Source of the DNA: Paramecium tetraurelia
Lineage: Eukaryota
Direction of reading: 5' to 3'
Assembly: GCA_000165425.1 (NCBI GenBank)
Contig: CT868485.1
Coordinates: 248,001 to 312,000, forward strand
Length of the DNA: 64,000 nucleotides
The notes under the pieces are model-generated. The model was given only the letters and a program-made list of their open reading frames with translations, did no database searches and was not told the DNA's origin. A program made the translations under genes and the position numbers. This document shows positions 13,367 to 28,339 of the stretch, one piece after another (the first letter of the stretch is position 1; every line of letters begins with the position of its first letter).

Positions 13367-14158
13367 TCATATTATTTTCTTGTCTACTTTCGATTTATTA
13401 TACATATAAGCAGGACATACGTATTCTCCACAATTACATTTAGATCCAATATATTTAAAGTCGCCTACCCTTTAATTACATTTTTAGCAAGATATTTTAC
13501 CATCTTATTCATACTCTTCTATGAAATGAGGTCTTTCAATGAAATAATGATTGCATTCAGGCTCTAAATGATATTAAATCAACTATTACTTATTCCATGA
13601 ACCAAAACTGCTGACACAAATACATCAGTTCTACACTTGATACATTTAAAGGCACAGTCTTTCTAAGTTCTGATTTAAGGTTTAAGTTGAGCTGAGATCT
13701 ATTAGAAATACTGATCTAACTAAATTAGTTCCTATTCTTCCTAGATCTTACTTGAAACCTTAATGTCTGGCTTTTTGAATGAGATAGTTTGTAGAATTTC
13801 ATTTAAATTGCATTAAGTGATCTTTTAAACTACAGCTGCAATAAGAGCTGGAGCTCTATTAATTCCAAATTGACTGTGGATCAAGACATTTCCATCTTTA
13901 TTTTGTTAAAACCATTGTAGGGTTTGGTTAGGCAGGATTTCACCATGTTCTTAGATATTTAACTTCGAGTAATTAAATTATTATTTAAACTCATAGACAT
14001 TTGGGCATTCAGAAGTACCAAAACTATTTAATTTCATATGCCTTACAATTAATGATATGTTTGATTTGTTTTTACTCCAAGAAATTTAAATTGGAGGCAT
14101 CGTTTATTGATCCAATATAGATTTATTGTGAAGGCGAAAAGGTAAAGACGTATGCCAT
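13367..14158 (-). CDS. Yvh1/DUSP12-like phosphatase-fold protein with C-terminal zinc-binding domain (catalytic Cys replaced by Ser)
   Basis: IYIGSINDASN...VLIHSQFGINRAPA; zinc domain FKCIKCR...CNHYFIE...GKISCQKCNQRVGDFKYIGSKCNCGEYVCPA. One frame discrepancy near 14020. Confidence 0.8.
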
Positions 14159-14358
14159 TAATTAAAATAATTTATATATTAAAAATAATATATATATATA
14201 TGAATCATTTACTATTTTGAGATAATACTTGACCGATTGAAATACTCCAGATAAGATGAGTCATATTTATTGAACAAATCTCAAATTTCAAAATAAATTG
14301 GAAAATAAAAAATTATTCAAAGAGAGATTTTGATTCACATTTATTTAATTATATAATT

Positions 14359-16758
14359 ATGGAATTAAAGAATAAATATAAGTTTTTAGGTCTAACAGCA
14401 ATTTTAGCATTGACTGGTTTTTTCTACATCCAAAAGAAAAAGAACAGACCCTTTAGTTAACAGATAGCAGAAAAAATTAAAGGACTGTTTGAGAGAATTG
14501 ATTCTCACTTCGGAGGCCAATAGGTAGAAGAAGTAATAGTCTGTCATTATCCAAGCTGAATAAATCTCTTATAAATAATGAAGAATTTATGGAAATCCTA
14601 TAGAATGCAGCAAAGGATTTCTTTGACTTAAAAAAAGTAGATGAGGAAATATCCAAAGTGGATTTTATTGGATAATTATCAATCATAAATAAATAAATTA
14701 ATTAATTATTAGAAATAAGACTCGTTGCCTAATATGTTGAAAAGTAAAAGTAATAATAAATATATAGAAATTCACTGCGATCAGTTCAAGAACAAATTAT
14801 TCAGAAGTTGGCATCATAGAGAGTGACCAAAAAGCAACCTATTATTTAGTTTGGAGATGCTGCTATGGAATTTTTAATATTTGTTTAATGCTCTTTCCTC
14901 CATTTGTTACATGAAGTGGAAAATACGTTGCAAGAGTTAACGAATCCTCAAAAAATAGTTTCACTTAATTGCTATTTGATGTGCATCTTAGATTACTTAA
15001 ACAAACTATTGGCTAAGTATCCAAATTTGAGAAATCTAGTAGCAATAGTAATGCTTGAGAAAATAGGATCCAATTAATTTAATTTCGACTTTTAGCATGA
15101 ATGCAAGGATCTCTATTATACTAAAGGCATCAAAGACTGCAAAATTCTCAATAGTTGTGATTGTTGCATCTTTGAATTACTCAGCAGATATATTTCAATA
15201 TTTTAAACTTCTGTTTAGAAAGATTTGTTTGAATTCTTCAAATGTAATCAATTATTTTAGACTCATGAACATTTGTTGTAAATGGGGAAAATATTATTCA
15301 AAAACACATTCTATTTAGGAGGACAGTTGAGCCAAGACTAACTGTATTATATTGACACCTTTTCACCTCTACATGGTCTATTAATAGAAGCAACCTCTAA
15401 TTCAAGTGTATAGGAAGAACTACTGAAGTCGGAGGAGTTCGGAGTTAATATTTAATACCTTGAAAAAGTAATAAATTCACATGAAAATCCTTTTTTAAAT
15501 AAATTGCTAGCAAGTTTGATTGACATGTATGCAATTACTTATCCATTGTTTTATAATTTAAATGCATTGAAATAAATTATCAATGAAGATCAAAAAATAG
15601 AATCTATTCTGAGTACATTTTTCGGAGTGTTATTGAACTTAGAGAATCGAGAAACGTATGATTCGAATAAATGTATTACAATATATGAAATTAGAAAATG
15701 AAATTAGTATTTTGGATTGGTTTGCTCTGAATATGGGAACAATATTCACTTAGTAATTGCTGGGAAATATATCCGTTGAATTTATTCTCTAATTGCTCAA
15801 GCTTCAAGAGATTTAAAAAAAAATCTTATTTACTTATATCTATTGTTTAAGGGTCTCTCAAAATAAAAGAATCCAAGACAGACAATCAAAAAAGAAAAAT
15901 GTCGACACCAATTCTCTCATCACCAAATTAATTAGTTTGGTTGTGATTTCATTATTAAAAGATGATTTTAGTAATCAAAATATGGATTCTGTCATGAAGA
16001 ATTTAGGCTTTGTTGACGAAGATGAAAGATAGAATATACTCTTAAATATACTCAGAATTCAATTTGAAATGCCTTCTATGAATTTGAATTATCTCAAGTA
16101 TGTCTCTACTAAATGTCAATAAATATCTGAGGAAACCTACCATTCCTTTAATGGATACTTCACCAATGTCTTGAATCCTACCACTCTTTCCTATGATCAA
16201 TATATGATTTCAATGCAATTAGGAATCATCTATGGGAAGGTTGACTCCTTCTTTGCTTCTATTGGATAGAGTTTTCTGAGAGATCTCTAACAATTTGAAT
16301 AATATAAGGACTTCTTATAAAGAGATGTAAATATTTTCATCTAAATTTCTTAGCTTATTCTTATAGTAGATTTGATGGAAAATCCTTATTACTTTGCTAA
16401 TGTTTTAATTCACAATGGTAATTGCCCTGAGGATGTTTATAAAAATTTACTCAAAAAGGTTGCAATTACTATTTGGTAATTAAATCCTAAAATCAGATTT
16501 TCACAATTGCAATATCAGATATCTTTACTTTTAAAATTAGAAGTCTTGCCCTAAGATATTAAAGAAATGTTTATTGTAGATTAGAATAACATCATTAAAT
16601 TAAAGGAGCAATATGAATAATTATGGCCATTTATGTGTTTGTAAAGAGATTTATAATCAGTTGAAGTGTATTTGAAACTAGTTGCAGATGAAGTGCTATT
16701 CAATGAAGTATATAATCCCTTTGATTAGCTAGTTGTTGCAAGATTAGGCCAGTTTTGA
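14359..16758 (+). CDS. Hypothetical protein with N-terminal transmembrane anchor
   Basis: MELKNKYKFLGLTAILALTGFFYIQKKKNRP, then a long open helical frame with a short intron near 15673-15694; TGA at 16756-16758. Confidence 0.75.
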
Positions 16759-17432
16759 ATTCTTATCCAGAATACAAGAAGTCATGTTCAGGAGTCCCAA
16801 CTTCATATAAATAATTTATCAATTGTTAATGTGTGCCAATAGAATGAATCTTAAAATTTGGTTAGGAAAAATATTGTTTTACGCCAAGAAGTTTAGTCAT
16901 GTCAATTAAGAGTGCAAAACTTTATTAAAATCAAAGGAGTGCTAATCCTTTATATAAGAAATGCCATCAAATTATAAGAAATTTATGTAAATTGAGAATT
17001 GAAATTTATTTAGAATTATTGATTAATTTTTAATAAAGTTTTTAGATGTATTTTAATTTTATATTGAATGAGTAAAATGAATAAATTGATAATTGATTTA
17101 AGTTTTTAGATACCTACAAAAAAAATAAATATAATTTTAAATCCAAAGAGATTGAAACAAACAAACAAGATCTTAATTATGAGTCATATAAAAATTAAAT
17201 TTCTTTATTGTCTATTTTATTAGCATCTCTTTATTTAATAGCTACGATATTAACAGAAACCTAATTATATTATATTTTTTAATTAATTGTCAAAAAAACA
17301 TAATGATTAATAAAAAACAAAACCTTTGAATATCATAACAAATAGACATACCCTAAAAGCATATATTGATTAACTCAAAAATTATTAACATTTAATCATT
17401 TATTGATCATCTTATATATTATATACTCAAAA

Positions 17433-18536
17433 TCATTGTTAATAGAAATTATGTATATGAGACTCTAATTTTAATTGAACATCCTTTCCACATGATAAAA
17501 AATCATCAATCTGATCTGATTAATAATTTAAAGCCTTCATAAATCCAACAGCAAAAATAAATTTGATAGCTTAGATATTGTAGGTAGGTCTTCCAACATT
17601 ATGCTTTTCATTTAGAGGATCTTATATCAATAGAGTTGGAATTTGATTAACTGCATTTTATGGATTAAAATAAATGGGATAAGCTGAAATCTGTTAGTCA
17701 GGTAGGAATACATAAATGGTTTTTGCAATGTAGTCCATTTCACATCCATAGAGGTACAGAAATTCGACTAAGCATTAACCCAAGGAAAGTTATTGGCCAG
17801 TGCGAGATTGCAAAAAGGAAATGATCATCAAGTTCAACCCATAGCTACTTAATCCTCCTTGATATGGGTCTAGGAGAGAGGATTGAGATAGAAATTACTT
17901 TAATACCATGGTCAAGGGTCTCAATTCTGGCAAATAGTTGAGGTAAGATTTAATTAATGAAACACATTGGATACCATTGTGTCTGGGTTCTTGGAATGAA
18001 ATATCAATTCTTTTGTTAAAATAGTAGCTGACAGACTTCAACTTGAGTACAGGAATAGCAGTGAATAGAATGCATTTAGTTTCTTCTATGAATTTAGTTT
18101 TTGAAAATTCAATTTCCAATTTCTTCATTTGATCAACAATGTACATGGTTTATGCAGTCATGATGACAATATCTATGTCACTGTTAGGCAGGGAGAGTTC
18201 AGTTGCAAAGGATCCATAAACATATGCTTCTTAATTCAGAACTCTCCTGACTGTGGCTTTAATTTTGTTGATTAATTCTTCTAGATTTTGTTGATATTAC
18301 TTGTTGTATTGATCTACTTCTTGGATGTACTTATTGATGCTTAGATTAAGTAAAGTGAGTGAATCTTCTTTGGGAAGTATTTAAACAATTTTTTCAGTTT
18401 AAACATCTGTTTAAACTTCGATCTCTGCCTTTTGTTCTTTAGGAAGAATGTTAAGTAAACGAAGTCGCTCCTTGTTGGATTTAGTAATGGCATCTAGATC
18501 CGAGAGATCAGCCATTGTATGAAACATTTTGGACAT
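17433..18536 (-). CDS. Non-canonical poly(A)/terminal nucleotidyltransferase (Trf4/PAPD5-7-like, Pol beta fold)
   Basis: VYGSFATELSLPNSDIDIV, KRIDISF, LRPLTMVLKQFL, QGGLSSYGLNLMI, IQDPLNEKHNVGRPTY. Confidence 0.92.
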
Positions 18537-18580
18537 TTTATTTAAATTAAAAGTATTTATTAAATATTCGTTTTTGTTGG

Positions 18581-20410
18581 ATGAATTAAGATGTTTTAAA
18601 GCAGATTCGACAGCATTTCCCAATCATAGATAATATATTGTTCAGGAATATTCTATCTCAATAGAAAGATTAGAACCTATTGATAACATTAGTTTATATT
18701 TTGAAGAGAGTAAGGGAAATAGTGGGCCATATGGAAGACGTCACAAAGTTTGCATTGTCTTTATGGGAGAAGGAAGAGATCTAGATTTCAAAAGAACGTA
18801 TTAATAAAGTGTTTATCCAAATAGTGCATGACGAGATAATATTGAATTTGGTTGAATCGAAATTTTATTACTAAGCTCTTTTGGCAAATAAGAACAGCCA
18901 ATTTTTGAGTAATATTGGAGTTAAACATTAGATAAAAACAAGATATATACGGAAGTCTAAGAATTGTCAGAGTAAAGCAAAAAAGTGAATGATATTTTGA
19001 TCCAAAACTTTAGTGCATAGAGACCCTATCAATTGTTTGTCGAAGAGCAACAAGAATTGTAATCTAAGAAAACTGCTTAGACCCCAAAAATACCATAAGT
19101 ATAGAAGGGATAGAAACTATGTTCGCTAACCTTGAATATTTAGGATCGAGATCAATTGGATAAGTTATACAGAAATAATAAGTAGTATCTACAACAGTTG
19201 GGTATTAAGATGGAATATCCTAAAAATACTACAGCCACACAAACAGAATAAGTAGATGGATTGATGCCACTGAGCAGCAAAAAGAATAAGAATCAATAAA
19301 AGGATTAAAGCAAGGAAATGAAATTCTATGAATATCAACTGGAAATGGGACAATGCACTTAGTATTTGCCTACTTATGATACTGTGGAATAACTCACTTA
19401 AGATATCAAATTGTTTGTTTCCGAAATCGATTAATACAATAAAAAAAATAAGAATGCATTCTAAAAACTTATAGATGAAATTTCAGCTGTTGTAAGTGCC
19501 ACTTATGCCGGAGCTCAAATTGATGTCTATGGATCATATGCAACAGAATTATGTTTACCACACTCAGACATTGATCTGGTGATTAAAATATCCAATCAAC
19601 ATGAGAAGTTCGTGACTGATATTTTATAAAGAATTGAGGTTGAATTGAAGAAATGCAAATTCATTGAGGAAACTAAATGTGTTACGTAATCAACCACTCC
19701 AGTGCTCAGAGCAAAATGCAATAAGTAGTATATGAATAAGAGACTTGACATTTCCATCCAAGAGACCAAACATAATGGTTTATAATGTGTCTAGTTGATT
19801 CGTAAGTATATCAAAAATTACGAACCCCTCAAACCATTGACACTTATTATGAAGTAGTTTCTTCACAAGAGTGATCTCTCTGACACCTACAGTGGTGGCT
19901 TAAGCTCTTATGGATTGATATTGATGATTGTGTCATTTCTATAAAGCTATCAAAATCAGGATAAGAGCTGGCCAACAATAGGTACCTTGCTTATTGAATT
20001 CCTGAATGTCTATGGATGTGAATTAGACTACGCAGGAAAAACCATCTGTCCTGATCAACCTGAAGTTTTTGAGTAGGAAACTACTATAATCTTTGACCCT
20101 CACAATTTTGCTTATTGCCAATAACAAAGCCTTGTCATCATTGACCCACTCAATCCATAAAATAATGTTGGACGTCCATCTTATAATGTTGCCAAGCTCA
20201 AAGTAAATCTTCTTTCTCATCTTAATTTAGCTTGCATTCACTGTGGCTTTTTCTAAGTTGCTTACTTTTGATTCTTCTACTCAATAATACCCACTTAAGT
20301 TCTTTTTCAATTCCGCCCAAAATATTCAATGTTCCCTTCATTCTGTGCTTGTCAATCAATATAAAGCCTATGCAGATCAAATTATGTTTGGTACATCTAC
20401 ACGCTATTGA
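18581..20410 (+). CDS. Non-canonical poly(A)/terminal nucleotidyltransferase (Trf4/PAPD5-7-like) with longer N-terminus
   Basis: VYGSYATELCLPHSDIDLV, KRLDISI, LKPLTLIMKQFL, SGGLSSYGLILMI, IIDPLNPQNNVGRPSY. Short introns near 18909-18931 and 20203-20230. Confidence 0.92.
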
Positions 20411-20849
20411 GTTTATACGAAATTTTAGTTATATTTGTATAATATTTTATAATTAAGTGATTTATTATTAAATTATTGGATAAGCTAAAAATAAGTTGGA
20501 TTTCTTGTTAAGAAATTTAATGGTTAATACCTGGTAAATACTTAGAGACTCAAAGAAAATAAAGTGTAATTTATACTAAATGCAATATTAATCTAAAATA
20601 ATAAAAATAAAGTGAGAGATCAGGTTAAACAGGATTTAAGTGAAAGTTAATGTGACTTAGTTGATTATTTGAGTTTGAGCATTCCAATAATATATATATA
20701 TAATAATTAAGCTGATTTAAAGACTAAATTATAGATAGTAGTATCTTTAAAACATTAATAACATTCAATATTTTCTACTATAAAAAGAAGGACTTAAGAG
20801 ATTCTCCAAATACAATTAATTAATTATAATTGTTTACAGTTTTATAAAA

Positions 20850-22706
20850 TCAAGCATTGTTATTTTATGGCACTTTGTTATTAATGTTTTCAACAGTAAT
20901 TACTTAGATACGACTTTTATTTTTTCTAAAAATTAAATAGATTATTGTAAAGACAATGATAACAAATCCAGAGAATAAGGTGGTCAGTTCATATCCAATT
21001 TTTTCAACGAATGCTCCACAAATAATTGGACCAAATATGTCGCCTAAAGACCAACCAAATTAGTAAAGATTTGCTCCAATCAAATTTGCTTTACATACTC
21101 CAACCTTGTCCACACAGGAGTCACTGATATTTGGTATAAAGAGTGCACAGCCAATGCCCAAACTTATACCTCTCATGAACTCTCCAACAAGAATAAAGGC
21201 AATTGAATGTGGTAACTTAAACACTGTTGGACAATAGAAGAAGAAACTTACTGCCAAAATCCACATTCCGAATTTAAAGAGAGTTTATTCTTAAAAATAA
21301 GTTTAACGAGCCACCAAGATTGCAGATAACAAGTATGTGAAAATAGGAATCATGAAGAGATAAGAGATGTTATACTCTGAAAGACCATAATAATCTCCTA
21401 ATTCGTTAGCCTATAATTATTATAATATTAATTACCAAAAAGGGTCTTAATCCATTTTCTAGAGCAGAAAGCCAAAAGAAAAAGATGAAAGTCACTTGCA
21501 ATGACTTGTTTTTAAAAATATCGACATAATCTTTGACTTCTAATTTACCATCATCCTCTGTAATTTCTTCCTATTCTTGAAGAACCTCCAACTGAGTGCT
21601 ATTCTACATCTTGTTACCACTTTCAAAGAGGCTAACATGATTCATCTTTTAACTATTATTCATCTTAGGAGAATCTGGAATAGAAATTGGTTTGCCTTCC
21701 CTTCTTTATTGGATAATCGATCGTATCTAAGTTTACCATTTGTTAATCGCCTTCTTGTCATGAAGGGTATCCTCTTCACATGATCTGTCCTCTCCTCCAC
21801 TTGAACTGCTCTTTCTCATTCCATTGACTTGTGGAACTTCTAAAGTTTGCATAGTTGTATCATGTCTTTAGAGCTATCCTTCAATAACCTCTGCATTTTA
21901 GACTGACTAATTTAGTAATTCATTCGGTTTGAGTTATTGCTATGATTAATTTAAATCTTCATTCTATTGAATCAAAGAATTATCGTTTTAAACAATAACT
22001 TCGATCGGAGTAATTGTTTAGGACTTGGTAATGGTGATGGGATGATTTTGATTGATTTAAGGTTTGGGTGCTTCCTTCTGTTTCTTCTTTGGAGAAATTC
22101 CTTCAGGTACTTCAGGTAGATAAAAATATTTGTATGTGACCAAGAAACTGACCACATAGATTAATGCCAATCCATAACAAGGAAGCTAATAAGTATCGAA
22201 TGAAATTAGCTAGGCAATCATTGTGAATAACCCTGTACTTGTTATTCTACCGACACAATGACCCATCTCTAATCCTGCAATCTTTTATGTTACATCTTCT
22301 TTAAATAATATAGGCAATGCTGCATATGAGGGGATCAGCAAAAATGATGCTCCCTATTGATATAGACAAATTATAGTACAGATCCTATGATCACTCGAAA
22401 AATGCATGATAACGCAAAAAATAGGCCACCCTCTGAAAATTTAGACACCCCCATTCCTATTGTGGCTATAGAACTCTGTATCAAGCCAATTAATATTGCT
22501 TTCCTCTTAGAACTACACATAGAAACAAACGGTGTAGCAATCACACTTCCAATAGGATAAAATGCAAGCATGATACCAATTTCAGTCTCAGTAAATCCTT
22601 TGTCTTTTGCCACTGGCGAAAAATAAGGTAATAAGGCAGTGTAAACGCTATCTGATATCGCTACCAAGTCAAAAAGAATAATGAAGAGAGTAGTTTGTAA
22701 TTGCAT
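20850..22706 (-). CDS. Major facilitator superfamily transporter with long central loop
   Basis: Two hydrophobic halves (SVYTALLPYFSP...EIGIMLAFYPIG; ...GWSLGDIFGPIIVGAF) separated by a charged hydrophilic loop. Confidence 0.85.
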
Positions 22707-23639
22707 ATATTTTATTATTATAGTTCAATCTATGAACATCATTTTCAAAAATATTTAATTTTAATTATTAATCTGACACCATTTATATATTAAAATGACA
22801 TCATTTTTATTAAAAAATCGACTTTTTTCGCAATCATCACCTACTCTCTTTAAAACTCCTTTTTTCAATTCATCCTTCCCTCACATCAGTAATCCAAAAC
22901 ACTTTTGCAACTTCCCTATTAATTTTGTACATTTGAATAAACCCATGATTTTAAGCGTTTCAGTTTCCATTTATTTTAACCTAGGAAATCTCTCACATTG
23001 ATATTTTATAAATAATATTAATATATGTATTAATCAAAAATTTCATCTCTAATATGAAATCAGTAGAAATTCTATCTTATTCTTCGTATTTAGATTTTGA
23101 TCTTTCCATTTCCTAACTAGTTTCATCCTTCTAATTTTGTTGAATTTGTTAATTAGAATCTTCAAATTAGATTCTCGCTTATTTCATATCTGTTTGAAAC
23201 TACATAAATTTTACTGAAATTGTGAAATCTACAAATATAGCCATAACAAATCCTTAGCCAAGACATTATCAAATCCTATATACATTTCAAATGTAAAATA
23301 CAAATATAAATCATTAAATTCTAAAATATTCTTCTAATTCTTCATTTGGTTCCATGCTTCAGGTTTTTCTTTAATTGATTCCATATTTTATTTTTTTATT
23401 ATTGAATAATCTCTAACTAATTAATATTGAGAAATCTCTATTAGCCAAACTTTTTAAATACCTTGTTCCCACTTAGGTTTTATATATATATATTAAAAGA
23501 AGTTTACATTCAATACATTTATTAATTCAGTATAATTTATTATAAAGTGTAGCGTAGTTTTTAGATTAAACAAAAAATTTGTAATCACAATTCAATACAG
23601 AAATTTAATGTTTTTTCATTCTCTATCATTTTATATTAG

Positions 23640-24390
23640 AAGTAAAAGGTGTGCTCCTTCATTGATAATTCCTTTAAAGAGTAAGGTAATTTTATATCTT
23701 ACTTTACAGTAACAAGGCGTCATATAGATGTGATTATAGATAGATTTGATAAAGTTATAGTAATGTTTCTTAGGGAACCTTAAATTTGTAAAATAAAGCA
23801 TCTATTTTTAGAAAACATATTTTTACTTTAAGGGTGATGAAAAGAGCTCAAAAAAGCAATAATAATAGACTTAATTAAGTAAATAAAGACATAAGTTAAT
23901 ATACATAGAAGGAGTGTATTAAGTATTGATATTTTGATAGAAATATAGAATTATTATATTGTTGTTATAAAAATATTACATCACGACAATTTGTTGTATT
24001 ATGAATATATAATAAGTGGAGGTGAGCTCATTGACTATTTCAAAGGAAATTGAGTAAATTTTGAATATATTATACAATTATATAGATTTTTGATTGTATT
24101 GGTTCTAAGCTGTTAAATTCAACATTATAACAAATACATACATCTATTATTTCTTTAGTATTATTAAACCATAATAGAAATTTAAGTTGATGTTATGTAA
24201 AGAGAATATTGAAAATAATTTATTTAAAACAGAATGTATTGAGATTAGTCAATGAGGTGCTTAGATTAATAAGGATGCTTGTATTTTCGGCTAAAGTATT
24301 GTATTAGAGATGTGGATTTAAAAGAGAGATGAAAGGATAGAGTGTAGACTATATGATGGACTAGATATTTGGTATTGAATTGTTTAACTT
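23640..24390 (+). pseudogene. Decayed CAMK/CDPK-like kinase remnant
   Basis: Fragments RSKRCAPSLIIP, HDNLLYYEYIISGGELIDYF, IIKPQ, YDGLDIW occur in kinase order but are broken by TGA stops and frame changes. Confidence 0.45.
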
Positions 24391-24415
24391 TTTTTGGTTT
24401 TTAATTTTAATTTAA

Positions 24416-26235
<1,820 letters not shown>

Positions 26236-26286
26236 TGAATGTTTACTTTATTAATAATTAATTTATAAAATATTCTGGAAATTTAA

Positions 26287-26817
26287 ATGGACAATTCAAA
26301 GAAGGAGCATTCATATACATATTGGGTTAAACATGATCCAAATCATCCAAAAATTGATTGTTAACCCAAAAAAGTAGAGGATCCTTCCTAAGTGCAACAA
26401 CCTTAAACAATTGGATCACAATGGAATGTCTCAGGAACTTGGGAGGAATAGAAAGTACCCATGAATGAGATTAAGAAATCGTTGGAGAATATTGTTGGAG
26501 TATTCCAACTATTTAATATTTTTAGATGAAAATCGGATAAACTAAGATTTCAGCCGTAGAATCAGTCGAAGGGGAAGCTCATTTATTTTTAAGCAGGGGG
26601 AAGAAGAGAATGGGTTATCATTTGAAAATCACATATGCTCTTGAAGACGATGGCCAAATCAAATACACAGACTTTACAGATGATGGAGATAGAGATGTAA
26701 TAAAACAATATAAATATCAAGTATGTATTAGAAGATGTCAATGATGAAACAGTCAAACATTAAATTGAAGAATTGCATGATAGAACAAAACAATATGTAG
26801 AAGTGTTTAAAAATTGA
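26287..26817 (+). CDS. Aha1 N-terminal-domain-like protein (Hsp90 co-chaperone fold)
   Basis: GSQWNVSGTWEEQKV...VESVEGEAHLFLSRGKKRMGYHLKI; two short introns. Confidence 0.8.
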
Positions 26818-26968
26818 TATTGGTCTATATTTATTTTTAAAGTTATTTCACTCTTAATATTACATTAAGTTTAATCAAAGAAATTAAAATGAAGAGAGTC
26901 TTTTCAACGATATGAATATATCCAGTATTAATTAATACGTTTTAGAAATACTTTTAGTATTAATAAAT

Positions 26969-27382
26969 TCAATCATATTTCACAGGTCCAATGCATTCAG
27001 CAATATCTCCCTCGTGAAATTTCTCACTTCCTTTGATGACTCTGCAGTTAACTTTCATAATGGAACCTTCCATTACACCATCATACTTTATTTGAGCCCC
27101 ATCCTCAAACGTAGCTACACAATCCAATATACCATTTTTTAGAGTTCCAGCATATAACTTTTTCAAGGCACCTTCTTCATTGTCATTCTTATTTCCACCA
27201 CTTATAGTTCCGTTAGATGAGAGTTCAAACTTCATTTCCCAGCCTGAATTAGTGACCAAGTTATGCTACTAAACCCCTTTCAAAACCTTCCAAGTGCAAT
27301 TTCCATCTTCACCTCCTCCCACTTTCACTTTTACTAACTTCTGTTCTCCCTCACTACTTTTGCTACAATGACAAATACCCAT
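26969..27382 (-). CDS. Small Gly-rich protein with N-terminal acylation motif
   Basis: Intronless ORF of 137 aa, MGICHCSKSSEGEQK...IGPVKYD-TGA. Confidence 0.8.
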
Positions 27383-27413
27383 TCAAATTAAAAAAAATAT
27401 TAAAAAATCATTT

Positions 27414-27884
27414 TCAATCAATTTTATTATTTTCTTGGCATTTATCATAATATATCCGAAGCTGCTGTTAAAATCCCTCATTTGGACAAACAAAGTCTCT
27501 CTTGTTTTTAATGTATTATAATGCAGCATCAGGAGTCATGTGGAGTTCCTTAATAAAATAAGCCATAAGTAATGAGACAGATCTTGATACTCCTACTTAA
27601 CAATGAACAAGAACATTAGTGGATTCAAGATGTTGTTTTATGAACGAAGTTGTTTATTCAAAATGCTCAGACAAATTAAAATTAGGTTCATCATAGGCTA
27701 CTATTCTGAGATGATGAATGTAATCTGGAATCTGCTTGTCCAATTTCTCAACTGCTGAGATTATTGCACCAAATTTATGCTTCTAAATCTAATCAAGTGA
27801 TTTTATTCCCCCTACAAACAAATTGCCTTTCTCTGTATATTTAGACGGGTGTATTAAAGTACAACCATAAATTTCCTTATACAT
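27414..27884 (-). CDS. Atypical dual-specificity protein phosphatase
   Basis: GNLFVGG...AYDEP...VLVHCQVGVSRSVSLLMAY...VCPNEGFQQQL; intact CX5R motif. Confidence 0.93.
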
Positions 27885-28339
27885 TTTTAAATTATTATTA
27901 AAGAATTACTTAATAATTTCATTACAAGATAATCAATTTGAAGTTATCAGCCTAAGTTAAGATTAAGATTACTATTTCTTAATCAAATTTATTATTTTTA
28001 AATGAGATTATTTGATACTTAATATTTATAATAATAAAACATAGATAATAAGTTTAAAAAAAATAAAGATCAATGATAATAAATCTGATAGAGACATAAT
28101 ATTAATATTTTATAATTATTATTTTGATTCATAAATTCATATTTATAATTAGAAATTGATGAATATCTAGAATAGACCTAAAAGTTTGCAAACGATTTAA
28201 ATATTGTAAATGAAATTAAGTTAAATTAATTTAAAGCAAGAGAATACATTTGGGATCTTTGAAGAGATTACTTAATGGATATTAATTATATCTAGATAGA
28301 GTAAGAATTGATTATATATTTAATAAAAAAATTAATCAA

